IMG/VR virus record: IMGVR_UViG_3300025137_000026
Coordinates: 12,945 to 76,944 of that record
Strand: one strand, 5' to 3'
DNA from: a virus
Length of the DNA: 64,000 nucleotides
The notes under the pieces: model-generated
Told to the model about the DNA's origin: nothing
Databases searched by the model: none
The model's input: the letters and a program-made list of their open reading frames with translations, nothing else
Translations under genes and position numbers: made by a program
Part shown: piece by piece, positions 18,695 through 28,593 of the stretch
Numbering within the stretch: position 1 is the stretch's first letter
How the letters are laid out: every line of letters begins with the position of its first letter

Positions 18695-18970
18695 CTATTC
18701 TTCTTCTGGCATCTTATGTAGGGCATAACCAAGTTGTCCTTGGTCATTCATTTCCCATATCATAAGCATAGCTCCACCCTCTAGTTGAGTGTAGCAATCA
18801 GGGTACAAATCAATGGGCAGTTTAAGCTCCTCGAACCTATGCATAAGTGCTTCATTCTTATTCCACTTATCCATAGGAATTGCGTTATGCATAAACTGAT
18901 CATAGGTTGCCTCGATGTTGAAGGGTGGGGGGGCAGGTAGTTCCTGCGCACCATCTATACGATTACTCAT
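18695..18970 (-). CDS. Hypothetical protein
   Basis: 91-aa ORF, ATGA-coupled. Confidence 0.6.
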   Translation of the reverse strand: MSNRIDGAQELPAPPPFNIEATYDQFMHNAIPMDKWNKNEALMHRFEELKLPIDLYPDCYTQLEGGAMLMIWEMNDQGQLGYALHKMPEEE

Positions 18971-19494
18971 TCTGCTATAGAGATATACATGGATTCAACA
19001 GCGTTAGACATTTCCTCTCGGACAACCTCTCGCACTATCTCCCTTACCCTCTCCTCGGTTATACCAGCATTGTTATGCTTAAGTAATGTAGATATAGCAG
19101 AAGCTATCTCTAGTTGCTCTGGCTCCCTCTTGGTAACCTTACCACTCTTGGTTACCTTTGTAGGCTTAGGCTTCTCCTCAACGATAGGCTGAGTAGGATC
19201 GGAAACCTCAACATATGCCTCGCGATCAATAGGATTACCCTTAATGAACGAGAGTATATCCTTGTAGACCTTCTCCTTTGATGCGTCCAACTGATCATTG
19301 AACTCATCATTATCCTCATGCCAACCACCCTTGGGTACAGGGAGGAAGTCTCCATCTGTATCCATGACTAAGGCTTGCAGAGACTCTGCATCCTCATGGA
19401 GGTTATCTTGAAGCCATGCATTGACTGCACCTCTGACGTTATTATTAGCCTTTTGAAGGGCAATTATCTTTTTGTATGTATCACTCGTAGTCAT
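18967..19494 (-). CDS. Hypothetical protein (probable start MTTSD at 19494)
   Basis: ORF track 18967..19554; internal ATG lies right after the 22-bp motif and avoids overlap with the MTase. Confidence 0.6.
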   Translation of the reverse strand: MTTSDTYKKIIALQKANNNVRGAVNAWLQDNLHEDAESLQALVMDTDGDFLPVPKGGWHEDNDEFNDQLDASKEKVYKDILSFIKGNPIDREAYVEVSDPTQPIVEEKPKPTKVTKSGKVTKREPEQLEIASAISTLLKHNNAGITEERVREIVREVVREEMSNAVESMYISIAE

Positions 19495-19513
19495 AGTTAT
19501 TTTTATTTTTGGG

Positions 19514-21145
19514 TTACATTTTAATGAACTCTGCAAACAATATTCTGTATGCACGTTCAGCTTGGGCTGGCACTATGCCATTCCCTAAGAGTCTGAGTCT
19601 TGGGACTCGTAGAGCCATGATTTCGGGAGAAGCGTAGTATTCTTGTGGAGTCCTTGGATTTGCTCCACCCATGCCGGATTCAACTTGCCGTGTATATTGA
19701 GTCTCCCCAAGTTCCTCGCTAGTGATGCTTGATTGCTGTTCACTTCGCTCTTCGGATTCTTGTTGTGATCGTACTGGGCTGGCGTCCCCCATTGTGGTAG
19801 ACGAGCTAAGTCCCGACCCAGGCACTTCTGATTCGAGTCCGTTGCTGTCCTTGCTCCCTCCACATGATCCGATGCTTGTGGGGTTGCCCACTTCTCGGGA
19901 TTCTCCATATGTTCCACTGCGTCCCTCAGTTTCGCTCCGTACTTCGTTCCGTTCTCCCTCGTTGCCGTGAAGCCCGTGTCCGTCATCTTCACATCCTTGG
20001 CTACTCCTCCTTCTACTAGTCCTGCTACCGTTGGTGTTGGGAACATTATCTCGGGATTCATCTCGGGATTCACTACATCTTCCCTCAGATTCTTGCATCC
20101 TCCCTTCTTCTTGTTGCGAGCAAGTGCTTCCCCTGTCTTCGGTGGAAGTACATCCATCGTGTTTGGGGTTGCCCATGCTTTGGCGGATGCTTCCTTCGAT
20201 TGTTGAATAGCCGTCTCCGTTATCGCCACATGGCTGAGCATCTTCTGCTTCTGATTGCCCAACGGACGAGTTGCTTTCTCCTCCCCCGTGGTTGGAGTTG
20301 GCCAAGTCTTCTGATCCGATAGAGCTACTGCCGACAGACTTGGATTCTGTCTGTTCTTCTCCGACTCGGGAGTCCCATCCGTCTTCCCCGTCCTTGGGGT
20401 AGGCCATGATGACCCTTGGTTCTTCCCATCCGTGCTGAGCTTCCCCTGGACGTGAAGGCCATGTACCTGCTCGCCAAGGTTGCTCTTCCCCCGATCCGTC
20501 AAGCAAGCTCGGGAGTCTTGCTCCTTCGGTGTCCCCCACTGATCGTTCAGACTCATCTGGGTTTGCGTTTCGGAAGAGCATGAAGACACGCTTACGTTGG
20601 TGAGGCGCGCCTTCTTCACTCGCGCTGACCACTGTGAACGCACCCTCGTAACCAATTTCTTCCATTCGTCCCAAGACATATTTGAGTACGCTTGTGTTCT
20701 GCTCGCCACCGAACTTACAACTGATGATGCCCTCGACATTTTCGAGTGCGACCCAGTTGGGACGGCAAAGATCAACTCCGTTTGCAATGAAGGGGAAGAG
20801 GTGTCTTGGGTCTTCAGTTCCTTTCCGAATCCCTGACGATGAGAAGGGCTGGCAAGGGAAGCCCGCAGATAAGATGTCCACGCATCCACGGAACTTTCCG
20901 TATGGGAACTCTTTAACATCCGTAAAGACAGGAGCCTCAGCCAATTCACCCTCTTCAATCTTAGCAACCAAGTTCGCGCAAGCGTATCCTTCCCGTTCCA
21001 CGTATGCGATTTCTCGCAAGTTTGGGAATATTCCTCTAAGTCCTCTGCCCATTCCTTCGTATCCCGAACACATAGAGAGGTGAGTAACGACGTTATTGGT
21101 AAGTATACCTTGTATTTGCTTTTCTTCATAGTTTTCATCATTCAT
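19514..21145 (-). CDS. C5 cytosine DNA methyltransferase, catalytic (alpha) chain lacking motif IX
   Basis: Motif I LSMCSGYEG, IV AGFPCQPFS, VI LENV, VIII HQRKRVF, X RLLGNGIVP; about 300-aa disordered G/S/E/R-rich middle. Confidence 0.9.
   Translation of the reverse strand: MNDENYEEKQIQGILTNNVVTHLSMCSGYEGMGRGLRGIFPNLREIAYVEREGYACANLVAKIEEGELAEAPVFTDVKEFPYGKFRGCVDILSAGFPCQPFSSSGIRKGTEDPRHLFPFIANGVDLCRPNWVALENVEGIISCKFGGEQNTSVLKYVLGRMEEIGYEGAFTVVSASEEGAPHQRKRVFMLFRNANPDESERSVGDTEGARLPSLLDGSGEEQPWRAGTWPSRPGEAQHGWEEPRVIMAYPKDGEDGWDSRVGEEQTESKSVGSSSIGSEDLANSNHGGGESNSSVGQSEAEDAQPCGDNGDGYSTIEGSIRQSMGNPKHDGCTSTEDRGSTCSQQEEGRMQESEGRCSESRDESRDNVPNTNGSRTSRRRSSQGCEDDGHGLHGNEGERNEVRSETEGRSGTYGESREVGNPTSIGSCGGSKDSNGLESEVPGSGLSSSTTMGDASPVRSQQESEERSEQQSSITSEELGETQYTRQVESGMGGANPRTPQEYYASPEIMALRVPRLRLLGNGIVPAQAERAYRILFAEFIKM
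19585..21141 (-). CDS. Overlapping-frame second (beta) chain of the MTase: seven W/F-x-T-P units plus motif IX
   Basis: 518 open codons nested in the MTase gene; ends in LNPAWVEQIQGL (motif IX-like). Confidence 0.8.
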   Translation of the reverse strand: MMKTMKKSKYKVYLPITSLLTSLCVRDTKEWAEDLEEYSQTCEKSHTWNGKDTLARTWLLRLKRVNWLRLLSLRMLKSSHTESSVDAWTSYLRASLASPSHRQGFGKELKTQDTSSPSLQTELIFAVPTGSHSKMSRASSVVSSVASRTQAYSNMSWDEWKKLVTRVRSQWSARVKKARLTNVSVSSCSSETQTQMSLNDQWGTPKEQDSRACLTDRGKSNLGEQVHGLHVQGKLSTDGKNQGSSWPTPRTGKTDGTPESEKNRQNPSLSAVALSDQKTWPTPTTGEEKATRPLGNQKQKMLSHVAITETAIQQSKEASAKAWATPNTMDVLPPKTGEALARNKKKGGCKNLREDVVNPEMNPEIMFPTPTVAGLVEGGVAKDVKMTDTGFTATRENGTKYGAKLRDAVEHMENPEKWATPQASDHVEGARTATDSNQKCLGRDLARLPQWGTPAQYDHNKNPKSEVNSNQASLARNLGRLNIHGKLNPAWVEQIQGLHKNTTLLPKSWLYESQDSDS

Positions 21146-21191
21146 TTTATTTATTGTTATATTTATATTTAGGTTACAATCTTATTATTCC

Positions 21192-21569
21192 TTATAGTCC
21201 GTACCTCGCTAGTTCAGCCTCTTCCTTGGCAGATTCCATGGCAGACTCTATAGCATCCTCAAGTTCAACTTGCATAGCTATAGACTCCATCACTTTATCC
21301 TTACCCTCTTTGAGCAGAGTAAAGATATTTACCTCGCAAGCATCCAGCAGGCACTTCCCATCTTTATATTTACCACTGACATTAAGCTCAGATAAATCTG
21401 TTAGCTTTACATCAACAGCTTGATGTCCATTACCAGGGTGCCACACATAAGTGTCTCCATAAGGGAGAGAACCCACAGCAGTATCCTCGACACCAAACTC
21501 CACCGTACCCGAAGCGATTACATCGATTCCAAACACGGTCATTTCTTCTTGTTCAAACGTATGTTCCAT
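21192..21569 (-). CDS. Acidic hypothetical protein
   Basis: 125 aa, flanked on both sides by the 22-bp motif. Confidence 0.65.
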   Translation of the reverse strand: MEHTFEQEEMTVFGIDVIASGTVEFGVEDTAVGSLPYGDTYVWHPGNGHQAVDVKLTDLSELNVSGKYKDGKCLLDACEVNIFTLLKEGKDKVMESIAMQVELEDAIESAMESAKEEAELARYGL

Positions 21570-21622
21570 ATGTTATATATTATATTAGGTTACAATTATA
21601 AAAAAAGCAGCTAGTTTCTTAA

Positions 21623-21958
21623 TCATTCTGCTGCCCATCCAACGAAGTAGTATAGTTTACTCTTCTTGGTACTCTGCTTCGAGGGGAACTCAATGCCATA
21701 GCACTCTCTCTTGTCGCACTCCTCAATGGCTTTTTCCTCGAACTTTTCTTTGCACTCCTTTAGAAACTTCTGAGTCTTCCGGCGAGTACCTAGTAGTTCA
21801 TTGAACCACTTGCTCATATCTCTGAACCCGTCACAAGTGCTGATCGTTCCGTTGTATGGATCATGTCCTGATTCATACTCTGCGCTCTTTACTAGTTGAT
21901 TAAAGGCAGTACTCATATCGACTGCTCTTGTTGATGTGTATATATCTGATGCTCCCAT
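21623..21958 (-). CDS. Hypothetical protein
   Basis: 111 aa, TAATG coupling, AGGAG upstream. Confidence 0.65.
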   Translation of the reverse strand: MGASDIYTSTRAVDMSTAFNQLVKSAEYESGHDPYNGTISTCDGFRDMSKWFNELLGTRRKTQKFLKECKEKFEEKAIEECDKRECYGIEFPSKQSTKKSKLYYFVGWAAE

Positions 21959-22374
21959 TATTCTGTTTCTCCTTTGTTTAGTATTACGTGGTTAATATCC
22001 ATTTCAAGCCTATCGGCTCTGGCATTTAGTTCTTCTCTCATTTGACTAGCAAACTTGCCAAACTCATCAGTTGATTTCTCTCTCAATAGATGAACTACAT
22101 CTTCCCAGGCAGTCATGCCCCGATCATAAACCTCTGACTCGACGTGTCGCTTTCCACCAATGATGTCAGAAGGGCCTTGATGTAATTTGACTATAGCATT
22201 AGCCATATCTTGAGACATGTAGGGCGTTGGTTTTACACCTGTCTGTCCTCGCTTATTCATATTCGTCCCACGTTTCACTTGGTATGCTTGGTACATTTTA
22301 GCATACTCATCCATTCTCACTAGGTTGCCCCCACAAAAGGGGACATACGTTTTAGTTATTGTTATTGTTTCCAT
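21958..22374 (-). CDS. Hypothetical protein
   Basis: 138 aa, AAGGAGG upstream. Confidence 0.65.
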   Translation of the reverse strand: METITITKTYVPFCGGNLVRMDEYAKMYQAYQVKRGTNMNKRGQTGVKPTPYMSQDMANAIVKLHQGPSDIIGGKRHVESEVYDRGMTAWEDVVHLLREKSTDEFGKFASQMREELNARADRLEMDINHVILNKGETE

Positions 22375-22502
22375 TATTTATTTCCTCCTTGGTTATTTTG
22401 ATTTTGATTCCTTTTTCATAGCTTATCCACATGATCGTCTGACCACGCTTAACTTGTAGGCATTCATCATGTGTTAGTTTTATTTCTAGTTCTTCCATTT
22501 CT

Positions 22503-22802
22503 TTATTTCCTCCATTGGTTTAATCTATTGTCGTGCCATTGATTCCAGTCATCACTTATTGCTTTGTTCATTCCCTCAAGGATTCTATCGAAGTCCCCGT
22601 ACTTTTCGGAATAACTCCACCTTAAGAAGTCTTCAGATGCGTGTAGTTCACCCGTTAGGCTTAGTTGCCTCCATGTGCATACTATTCGGTCATTCCAATC
22701 CACAGGGTAACTTCCGCATGATAACTTTAAGTCACCATTGGTATGCCTTTGGATTAGGATACTGAAGTTATCATCAATGTGATGGTGTATTGTTCTCATC
22801 AT
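22503..22802 (-). CDS. Hypothetical protein
   Basis: 99 aa, AGAAAGGA upstream. Confidence 0.6.
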   Translation of the reverse strand: MMRTIHHHIDDNFSILIQRHTNGDLKLSCGSYPVDWNDRIVCTWRQLSLTGELHASEDFLRWSYSEKYGDFDRILEGMNKAISDDWNQWHDNRLNQWRK

Positions 22803-23040
22803 TTATCCTTTCTGTATCGTAATTAGAGTCTCCGTCTTCTGTTATGAATCCAGCCTCTATAGCGAATCCTCGCCATTTTCGTGGGACTTTTACTGCATCG
22901 ACAATTTCTCCTCTATCTAAAGTAAGGCCTAATTGACACGCCTCCCGAATATTTGCTCCATCATCAATCAACTTTGTTACAAACTTTAGGGTTTCCTTGC
23001 TTAACATACTTAATGGCCCAGTTCTTGTTCTCTTACTCAT
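22774..23040 (-). CDS. Hypothetical protein
   Basis: 88 aa, AGAAAGGA upstream. Confidence 0.6.
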   Translation of the reverse strand: MSKRTRTGPLSMLSKETLKFVTKLIDDGANIREACQLGLTLDRGEIVDAVKVPRKWRGFAIEAGFITEDGDSNYDTERINDENNTPSH

Positions 23041-23191
23041 TATTTATCCTTTCTGTTGTGTAATTGAAGTCTCCGTCTTCTAGGAAATCTCCATTACTTA
23101 GTTCTTGTACTTGTTGTATTGCATCGTCTTCATTCTCTGCATCCACCTCATGGGACACATAGACTTTCACTAAGACCCTGTACTTACTCAT
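23033..23191 (-). CDS. 52-aa acidic protein (not in ORF track)
   Basis: MSKYRVLVKVYVSHEVDAENEDDAIQQV...; GGAGG upstream. Confidence 0.6.
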   Translation of the reverse strand: MSKYRVLVKVYVSHEVDAENEDDAIQQVQELSNGDFLEDGDFNYTTERINNE

Positions 23192-23411
23192 TGTTTTTCC
23201 TCCTTCCTCTCATCGACCTTGCTCCTTATTGGGGCATTCATAGTCGCAACCTCAATGAACTCACGACATGCGTTGACTAAGTCTTGCCACTCTGGGCAAT
23301 CAGTATCCTCGCCATCTCTGATGCGTTCATTCTGTTTAGTTTCCCATTCGGAGAGGAGGCTACAGATTAAATCTGTAACCTCCTCCTCGGAGATGTGTTC
23401 GTAATTAAGAC

Positions 23412-23774
23412 TCATTCTTCTTCCTCCTCTTCGTCTTCCCACACGGACTCATCATAGAAGTATCCTTGATCGGGGCAGTCTTCTGGTTTCTTGAAGAAGT
23501 AAGCACCGCATTCACTTAGGCTAGGGTACTTAACGTCATCATTATCATTGAAGAACAGATCAATGCCACGCATACGATCACCTGTCCCTCCGTTCATTTC
23601 ATCAAGGAGAGCATAGTAATCTTTACCTCCGAAGACTCCATAGCCCTCGTAATTACTTTCCTCCCATTGATTCTCTTTATTGTCTGTCATGATTACCTTG
23701 AAGGTATTCTTGTTTGAGTAAGTATTTGGTATACTCTTACCCGTGTCTTGTGTTATCCAGCTGAAGAAGCCCAT
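23412..23774 (-). CDS. Hypothetical phage protein (MGFFSW...YEGYGVFGGKDYY...CPDQGYF)
   Basis: 120 aa, GGAGG upstream. Confidence 0.65.
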   Translation of the reverse strand: MGFFSWITQDTGKSIPNTYSNKNTFKVIMTDNKENQWEESNYEGYGVFGGKDYYALLDEMNGGTGDRMRGIDLFFNDNDDVKYPSLSECGAYFFKKPEDCPDQGYFYDESVWEDEEEEEE

Positions 23775-24287
23775 GTTATTTACCCTCCTCTGTATTAATA
23801 TCTGCGTCTAGGTGACTAGCTAGGTCTGCGAAGGTGCTGTCACTGTTGAAGAATTTATATGCATACTGCAATAAGGCCCGTATCTTGTCTTTGGGGTAGT
23901 CTTGAATCTCATCGTAAATCTCGAATTGATTAAGATTCCAATTCCAGCCCTCGACTTGTTTCTTGATGTCAGCATCAACCTCTAGTTGCTGTTCTGCTTG
24001 TTCTATTGTTATATCACTCATTTTATTATCCTTTTGTTGTTGTTACTTTTGCATCGCGGACGTTGACCTCAACTACCGCAGTTAGATTGTCTTTCTTGTA
24101 CTTGAGAAAGAATGTGTTGTTCTTGTTTTCCAGTGAGATAAACTCAGCCTTAAGTGACTCAGTTACACGCTTTGCTGAAGCAATGTACTCGCTCCACTCC
24201 TCACCATCGTACCCTTGTTCATCTTGCCATCTATCGAACAAGGTCATGGTATGATTGGCTAATGTCTCAGCTACTTCTTCGTTTGAA

Positions 24288-24659
24288 TTACTCACTTGGT
24301 AACCCCCTTGCTTCTGCTACTTCAGTGCCGGACTCTTCTTGATCAAGGATGCCTTGCTCGACATAGAGTTTATCCTCGAAGTTCTTCAATGCATTAGCAA
24401 TTGACCCATCTATATCCTTCGGCTTGAAGTCCCTCATAAGAAGGATCGCTCCCCAGGCACAGAAGCCATGAAGCTCACTAGAAGAATGCCCATTGAACTC
24501 CTCGGCAACTCGTTGAATGGATATGCACAAGCCACGCACCATACCACGAGAGGTGTCAGTATATTGCATGGGCTTTAAGTTGCTTAATTCCAAGGTCTGC
24601 TGGATATCCTTGATGGCGTTAATAATGAATTTGATTATTAGTATTTTATTTTCACTCAT
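24288..24659 (-). CDS. Hypothetical protein
   Basis: 123 aa in a tightly packed minus-strand run (with 23188, 23776, 24026, 24676 ORFs). Confidence 0.55.
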   Translation of the reverse strand: MSENKILIIKFIINAIKDIQQTLELSNLKPMQYTDTSRGMVRGLCISIQRVAEEFNGHSSSELHGFCAWGAILLMRDFKPKDIDGSIANALKNFEDKLYVEQGILDQEESGTEVAEARGLPSE

Positions 24660-24894
24660 GTTATTTATTTCTATTTTAGTATGCGTTTAGTATTCCTCCG
24701 CCTGATCTGTTTTGTTTTCTGTAAAGTGCAGAAACATACGCCATTGCCTGTGATACAGGTGAAGGATGTTTGCCACTTACATTTACGCTATGGGTTATGC
24801 CATCAGTCGTTTTAACTGTGACAGCTACGGTATTTTTCATATGGGAATCATCCCAATTATTTTCACTCATGTTATCTATTTATTTTGGTTACAA

Positions 24895-25653
24895 TTATGC
24901 CACAAGAAGGTGGCGGTTAGCGTTGCGACTAGACACAACAAATGGATCATTAGAACCCTTAGCATCACCCTTAGCCTTAAGAGCGATAACATCATTCTTC
25001 TTAGTAAGATTAAACAAGTCTGACTTATCTCCATCATGTACTACACGACCAAGGAACTCCTTAGGGAACTCACAATCAAACACCACTGCCATAGGGGCAT
25101 CAGTCTTTAAGGCACGTTGTACAGAAGGTTGGTAGTTAGGCATACCACTCCAAGAGAACATCAATGGATAGTTATCAGGAGTCTTACCAATCCGACTAGA
25201 CATCTTAGTGTAGTCATAGAAGAAAAGGTTAGGGAACTGCTGCGGTATCTCATATCTTTTATTCTCCCATACAATATCGGAGATAACATTGAGACGTACA
25301 ACTCCTTGTACACCTTGCTTGGTAGTCAGTTTCTCGAAGTTATGTAACTCCTTAGTCAACTGAGCCAAGAAAGACTCACGATCATCCCTAAGCCAATCAC
25401 GTTTCTTTTCACGACCTATCCGTACATTGTCGAACTTGCCATAGCCTGCTGACATGAGGCATGGTTTCTGACAACCTGCCAACCTAGAAGCTGGACAAGC
25501 CCAATCCGATGGAGCTAGGCTCAATCCGGCTACCCTCATTCCAGTAGGCTTCTTGCTCATAACCTTGCCGATCATAGTAAAGATACCATCACTGATATTT
25601 GCGTTATTCTTACGGAGCTTTGTGTTGCCCCCACCTGTATCTAATAGTTTCAT
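24895..25653 (-). CDS. GP88-like protein (Cys motif, radical-SAM-like fold); probable start MKLLD at 25653
   Basis: CPASRLAGCQKPC, RLNVISD, FYDYTK, GDKSDL, LKAKG; GAAAGGA upstream of internal ATG. Confidence 0.75.
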   Translation of the reverse strand: MKLLDTGGGNTKLRKNNANISDGIFTMIGKVMSKKPTGMRVAGLSLAPSDWACPASRLAGCQKPCLMSAGYGKFDNVRIGREKKRDWLRDDRESFLAQLTKELHNFEKLTTKQGVQGVVRLNVISDIVWENKRYEIPQQFPNLFFYDYTKMSSRIGKTPDNYPLMFSWSGMPNYQPSVQRALKTDAPMAVVFDCEFPKEFLGRVVHDGDKSDLFNLTKKNDVIALKAKGDAKGSNDPFVVSSRNANRHLLVA

Positions 25654-26529
25654 ATTATTTATCCTTTCATTATACTTGGTTTCCGATTTCACAGAACTCT
25701 GTTCCAGTATCATCTGCCCAGCAGTTCAGCAAATCCTCTTCCACTAGCTCTTCCCATCCATCTTGCGTGTCGAAATCTGACTTGCGAGCAAGATCACCTT
25801 CGATCAAGATTCTAGTAAAAAGATTTTTAGCGTTATCAGAAAGATCACGGATTGTTTTTAGTGTGTTATTCATAGTATTTATTTAGTTAATTTGCTTCTT
25901 GTTTCTTTTATTAGTTCTTCTCCAATATTGGGCGGCGGACCTCGTCGCGACCTCATTGGCAGAACCTGTTCTTAAGTTAATCCATGCCCAACAAACCTTG
26001 TTGATTACTTCCATCATACTACCTTCCACTATCTTATGTTCTAAGATAGTCTTATGGAGTGCAGATAGTGCAGGGTCTGCTTTGCCATAGTCCTTTTGAA
26101 ACAGATCGTAGTCATGTCCTTGCATGAAATTCAGACCGATGATCGTTCCTTCGTAGTCCCTCACAATCAGGATCCACCGATCATTCTCGGCATCCCAATA
26201 GTGTTCGTTTTGTTTTATTAATTTACTCATTCCATTAACCTTTCTATTTTTTGTTTTACTGCTTTAGCTAGCGCTAGTTTATCCTCACCATGATCAGGAT
26301 CCTCGGGCAGATTCATCTCAAGACTTTCAATCTCGAACTCCATAGCCACTTGAATGGCATTGAGTTGCTTGTCTGTTAGGAACAATGCATGAGGGTGATC
26401 TTGTACCTCACGGATTACCTTATCGATAGTCGGCAGACGCACTTCATAGGTCTTGCACGATGAGTTGTGATACTTCCACGCAAGTTCATTGAGTCCTTGG
26501 TAGATTAGTTTCTGTATTAGTTTCATTAT

Positions 26530-27063
26530 TTATTCTCCTTTGTTTGGTTGTTTTGATTGCTTCCTCTCATCGAGGACTTGCTCGTAGTTCTCTTCGAGCC
26601 ATAGTTTCGCTCGGTATCTGTTGTCGAATGGCCCCTTGATATGCTCGACTTCGTTCTCTTCCCTGGAGAGCCATCTTCTAACGACTTCATATGTGCCATC
26701 CTCATGATCAATGACATAGAATAGACCATCTTTAGTCTCTACCTCATCGATCTTGAAGGTGTAGCACCATGCCTCAACAGACCAAGTACTATTCAGCCCA
26801 CACATATACCATCTGCATGAGTTGAATAGGTCATTGATGATGCGTTCGATTGAACTGATCGCATTCATACCAAGATGATATCTGTCGGTTGAAACCTCAC
26901 GCTCTGATGCGTTCCATTGGTCATACATATAATTCATGACTCGCCCTTGGTTCAGTAGCAGACGTCTGTTCCATGTATGTACGTTAATTAAGTCGGAGAA
27001 CTTCTTAGCTTCGATAGCTACCATCTCCATGAATGATATTGGGTTTATTGTTTTCTTACTCAT
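26530..27063 (-). CDS. Hypothetical protein
   Basis: 177 aa, coupled to neighbours (25883, 26227, 27060 ORFs). Confidence 0.55.
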   Translation of the reverse strand: MSKKTINPISFMEMVAIEAKKFSDLINVHTWNRRLLLNQGRVMNYMYDQWNASEREVSTDRYHLGMNAISSIERIINDLFNSCRWYMCGLNSTWSVEAWCYTFKIDEVETKDGLFYVIDHEDGTYEVVRRWLSREENEVEHIKGPFDNRYRAKLWLEENYEQVLDERKQSKQPNKGE

Positions 27064-27596
27064 TTGATTTTTCCTATTTTTATTGATGTTAATTTGAGGT
27101 CTACGAATTTGCCGTCTCTGTTGAATACTTCTAGGTCTGCTACCTTAATTGCATTATCCCATCCTATGATGCTTGGGTGTTGGAGATAGACTCCAAACTG
27201 ATCCTGACCTTCATCTCTCAGCCTTAATGTATCCAAGTATCCAAACTGCTTATGGATGAGTTCATTTTGCTCTTCTTGGGGAAGATCGAAGTGTAAGGTT
27301 TCGACAACAAGTGCTATTGTCTCGACATGACCATCACGCAACCAATTGACTCTTCTACTTATACCAATTACGGCAGAGTCCTCGACTGCTTGCCCTCTAT
27401 CTTCAAGAGGTACTGCAAAGAGCCTATCGAAGTGAGACTTTATCTCACTAGCTACATCCTTAGGTAGCTCCTCGTAAGGTGTATCATTGGGTTGTGCCTC
27501 AATGGTATCTTCGTTTATATATATGTATCGCTCCTCCTTACCATCGGTAAAGAGGAGGCATATGCTAGCTATATTACTTGCTTTTATTATAATCAT
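27060..27596 (-). CDS. Hypothetical protein
   Basis: 178 aa, starts 4 nt after the 22-bp motif. Confidence 0.6.
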   Translation of the reverse strand: MIIIKASNIASICLLFTDGKEERYIYINEDTIEAQPNDTPYEELPKDVASEIKSHFDRLFAVPLEDRGQAVEDSAVIGISRRVNWLRDGHVETIALVVETLHFDLPQEEQNELIHKQFGYLDTLRLRDEGQDQFGVYLQHPSIIGWDNAIKVADLEVFNRDGKFVDLKLTSIKIGKIK

Positions 27597-27618
27597 AATT
27601 GTTTCCTATATTTATGGG

Positions 27619-28332
27619 TTACTTTATTACTTCGTGGAAGAATGTGTAGAAGTCCCCGAAGGATACTTGTACGTTGAAGAACTTGCTTCCATTGCCTGTG
27701 TCTCCAAACCACTTGGATACTGCAATCTGTTCTTCATGCTGACCATCTTGATGATCCATTGGTGCGATCCACCACTCGCCATACTCTTCTCCACGAGAGT
27801 CTTCAAGACGATAGATGTATTGAGTATCATTATCTCTGTACCAAGTGGGTACTAGCTCAGCCACAAGCCCAAGGTTACCCTCAAGCAATTTCCTTACAAC
27901 CTTGTGTCCGTTTTGCGATGCATCAAACCAAGTCGGCATGAACCTTGGGTCACCATAGCAAGAGTCAGCATAATCCATCATATGATTAATCCATTTATAT
28001 ATATGAATATCACTATCCAAATCTCTCTGCTTCATGGTAAGAGCATCATCAAGTAATGCATGAGGTTCATGGGAAGCATCGCCACCATCCCTCGATGCCT
28101 CTAGAATCCATTTCTCATCTTCAAATCCAAGGTAACGAGTAGCCTTATCGCCACAAGTTTCCCCTATGAATGATTGCAGATCATAGTATTCTTCATTAAT
28201 AATTGCGCCGACGTCTGGAGAGGTATCACTCTCCAATGCCTTCTGTAATTTTCTTACTGCACGACGTGCAAGCTTGATTACATACTGATATGTAGTGCTA
28301 TGTTTATATGGTGTGTATTTATTTTCGTTCAT
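27619..28332 (-). CDS. Acidic hypothetical protein
   Basis: 237 aa; stop codon lies inside the 22-bp motif. Confidence 0.65.
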   Translation of the reverse strand: MNENKYTPYKHSTTYQYVIKLARRAVRKLQKALESDTSPDVGAIINEEYYDLQSFIGETCGDKATRYLGFEDEKWILEASRDGGDASHEPHALLDDALTMKQRDLDSDIHIYKWINHMMDYADSCYGDPRFMPTWFDASQNGHKVVRKLLEGNLGLVAELVPTWYRDNDTQYIYRLEDSRGEEYGEWWIAPMDHQDGQHEEQIAVSKWFGDTGNGSKFFNVQVSFGDFYTFFHEVIK

Positions 28333-28593
28333 GTTGATTATCCTTTTTTATATTGTTGTAGGTTTAGGTTAAATTCATCTTCAAGTAGTTCTAGAATCAC
28401 ATTGCTCGTTATGATTTCATAATGCTTATCCAAGATAGTCAGAGCTTCAACCAAGGCATCCCCAACCTCCTTCCTCTTATCATCACCGATCCATCTTAGA
28501 TTTTCAGATTGTAGTTTTAGTTTACCAATGGAAATGGTGAATGTGTGAAACCCATCCTCATCTCCGATTAGTTCTAATTTAATTTCACTCATA

